Below, piece after piece: positions 62,881 through 64,000 of a stretch of 64,000 nt of DNA (position 1 is the stretch's first letter; every line of letters starts with the position of its first letter). The stretch is from the NCBI GenBank assembly GCA_963664225.1, contig OY760937.1:4352001-4416000 (forward strand). The letters are read 5' to 3'. A program made the translations under genes and the position numbers. This DNA is from Verrucomicrobiia bacterium. Its GTDB lineage: Bacteria > Verrucomicrobiota > Verrucomicrobiia > Limisphaerales > UBA1319. A model generated the notes under the pieces. It made no database searches. It was not told where the DNA came from and was given only the letters and a program-made list of their open reading frames with translations.

Positions 62881-63663
62881 ATGAAAACCAAACTTCAGCA
62901 TCGCAGTGGAAGAATCATGAGCCTGTTCGGATTTTTCCTGTCAATATCGCTCATGGCCACGGGATTAACGCAGGCCGGGGATTTGACGAATAACCACGCG
63001 CGGGTTCTTTTGGTAACCGGCCAGGATTATCCAGGTCATCCCTGGAGGCTTACTGCGCCCGCGCTGGCGTCGGGGTTGAGGCAGGACGCGCGTCTTGAAG
63101 TCGTTTCCGTGGAGGACCCTCGCTTTTTGGATTCCGAGGCCCTGGCGCAATACGATGTTGTCGTATTGCATTTTATGAACTGGGAACAGGCGTCTCCGGG
63201 CGCAAAGGCGCGCGAGAATTTGCGCCGTTTTGTGGAGGGCGGCAAGGGGTTGGTGCTGGTTCATTTTGCATGCGGCGCCTGGCAGGACTGGCCGGGATTT
63301 GCGGATCTGGCTGGTCGGGCGTGGGACCCGAAGATGCGTCCGCACGATCCGCGCGGCATTTTCCAGGTCAAGATCACCGATGGCGATCATCCGATTACTC
63401 GCGGTATGGAGGTGTTTGACACGGATGACGAGCTCTACACCTGTCTGGCGGGATCGCGCGCAATCCATGTTCTGGCCAGCGCCCGCTCGAGCGTGGACGG
63501 CAAGGATTATCCGATGGCGTTTGTTTTGAATTATGGCAAAGGCCGGGTGTTCCACTCGGTGCTGGGCCATGATTTGAAGGCGATCACGGTGCCAGGGGTA
63601 GCGGCATTGTATAGGCGCGGGACCGCCTGGGCAGCAGGTTTGGAACCTATCCCCGGCCGATAA
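62881..63663 (+). CDS. ThuA-like secreted protein
   Basis: 'GGKGLVLVH', 'HPITRG', 'DELY', 'YGKGRVFHSVLGH'. Confidence 0.85.
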   Translation: MKTKLQHRSGRIMSLFGFFLSISLMATGLTQAGDLTNNHARVLLVTGQDYPGHPWRLTAPALASGLRQDARLEVVSVEDPRFLDSEALAQYDVVVLHFMNWEQASPGAKARENLRRFVEGGKGLVLVHFACGAWQDWPGFADLAGRAWDPKMRPHDPRGIFQVKITDGDHPITRGMEVFDTDDELYTCLAGSRAIHVLASARSSVDGKDYPMAFVLNYGKGRVFHSVLGHDLKAITVPGVAALYRRGTAWAAGLEPIPGR

Positions 63664-64000
63664 AAAGCGGCATGAGGCGGAGCTGTCAATCCGGCAACAA
63701 GAATGGGTCCAATAGGAAATCAAATTGACAGAAGGACATAAATCTATTACGCTTGGTAAGCGTTCAAGACGGGCAGGATAGCAACCAAAGCAAAAAGGAT
63801 ACAATTTTATGGCTCAGACTAATGGCGTTTCGAGTAATCATATCTGGCGCTTCTTTTCAGCGGGGGGGACCGATCAGGTCCGGCTCGATAATGCCGGGGA
63901 CATCCTTTCCCTCGATGCTTTGGATAAAAAACTGTGGGTGGCTCTGAGCTGTCCGGTCAAGGGCTTGGAGCTGGATACAAAGACACTGGCGCTGATCGAC

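Overview
Bacterial chromosomal window, most likely Verrucomicrobiota (Pedosphaera/Limisphaera-like). This is inferred from gene content and secreted-protein style, not from a marker gene. Layout: (i) 1-5.8 kb, an AT-rich array of unrelated small lipoprotein/membrane genes, each preceded by a ~200-bp repeat or its GACCCC-ending terminus, interleaved with REP-like palindromes; (ii) a sulfur-starvation cluster (YezD/DUF2292, DUF3034-like protein, MetY, porin, Sbp, M14 hydrolase, CysTWA) carrying two tandem pairs of a small hairpin motif; (iii) housekeeping genes (RsmB-family methyltransferase, YidE transporter, gcvP, lepB, panD, lpxD, rplM-rpsI, argC, iorAB); (iv) many secreted carbohydrate-type enzymes, two kinases, an ABC/TPR module and a 1739-aa PA14/Ig protein. 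The standout is a 1538-aa ORF (28513-33129) fusing a complete Cu(I)-type P1B ATPase to a plant ETR1-like ethylene-receptor copper-binding membrane domain, two PAS domains and a histidine kinase, followed by a single-domain response regulator. In plants the copper pump RAN1 and the receptor ETR1 are separate partners; here both parts sit in one polypeptide, with an altered metal-ligand set. All family assignments come from motif recognition by eye; no searches were run.
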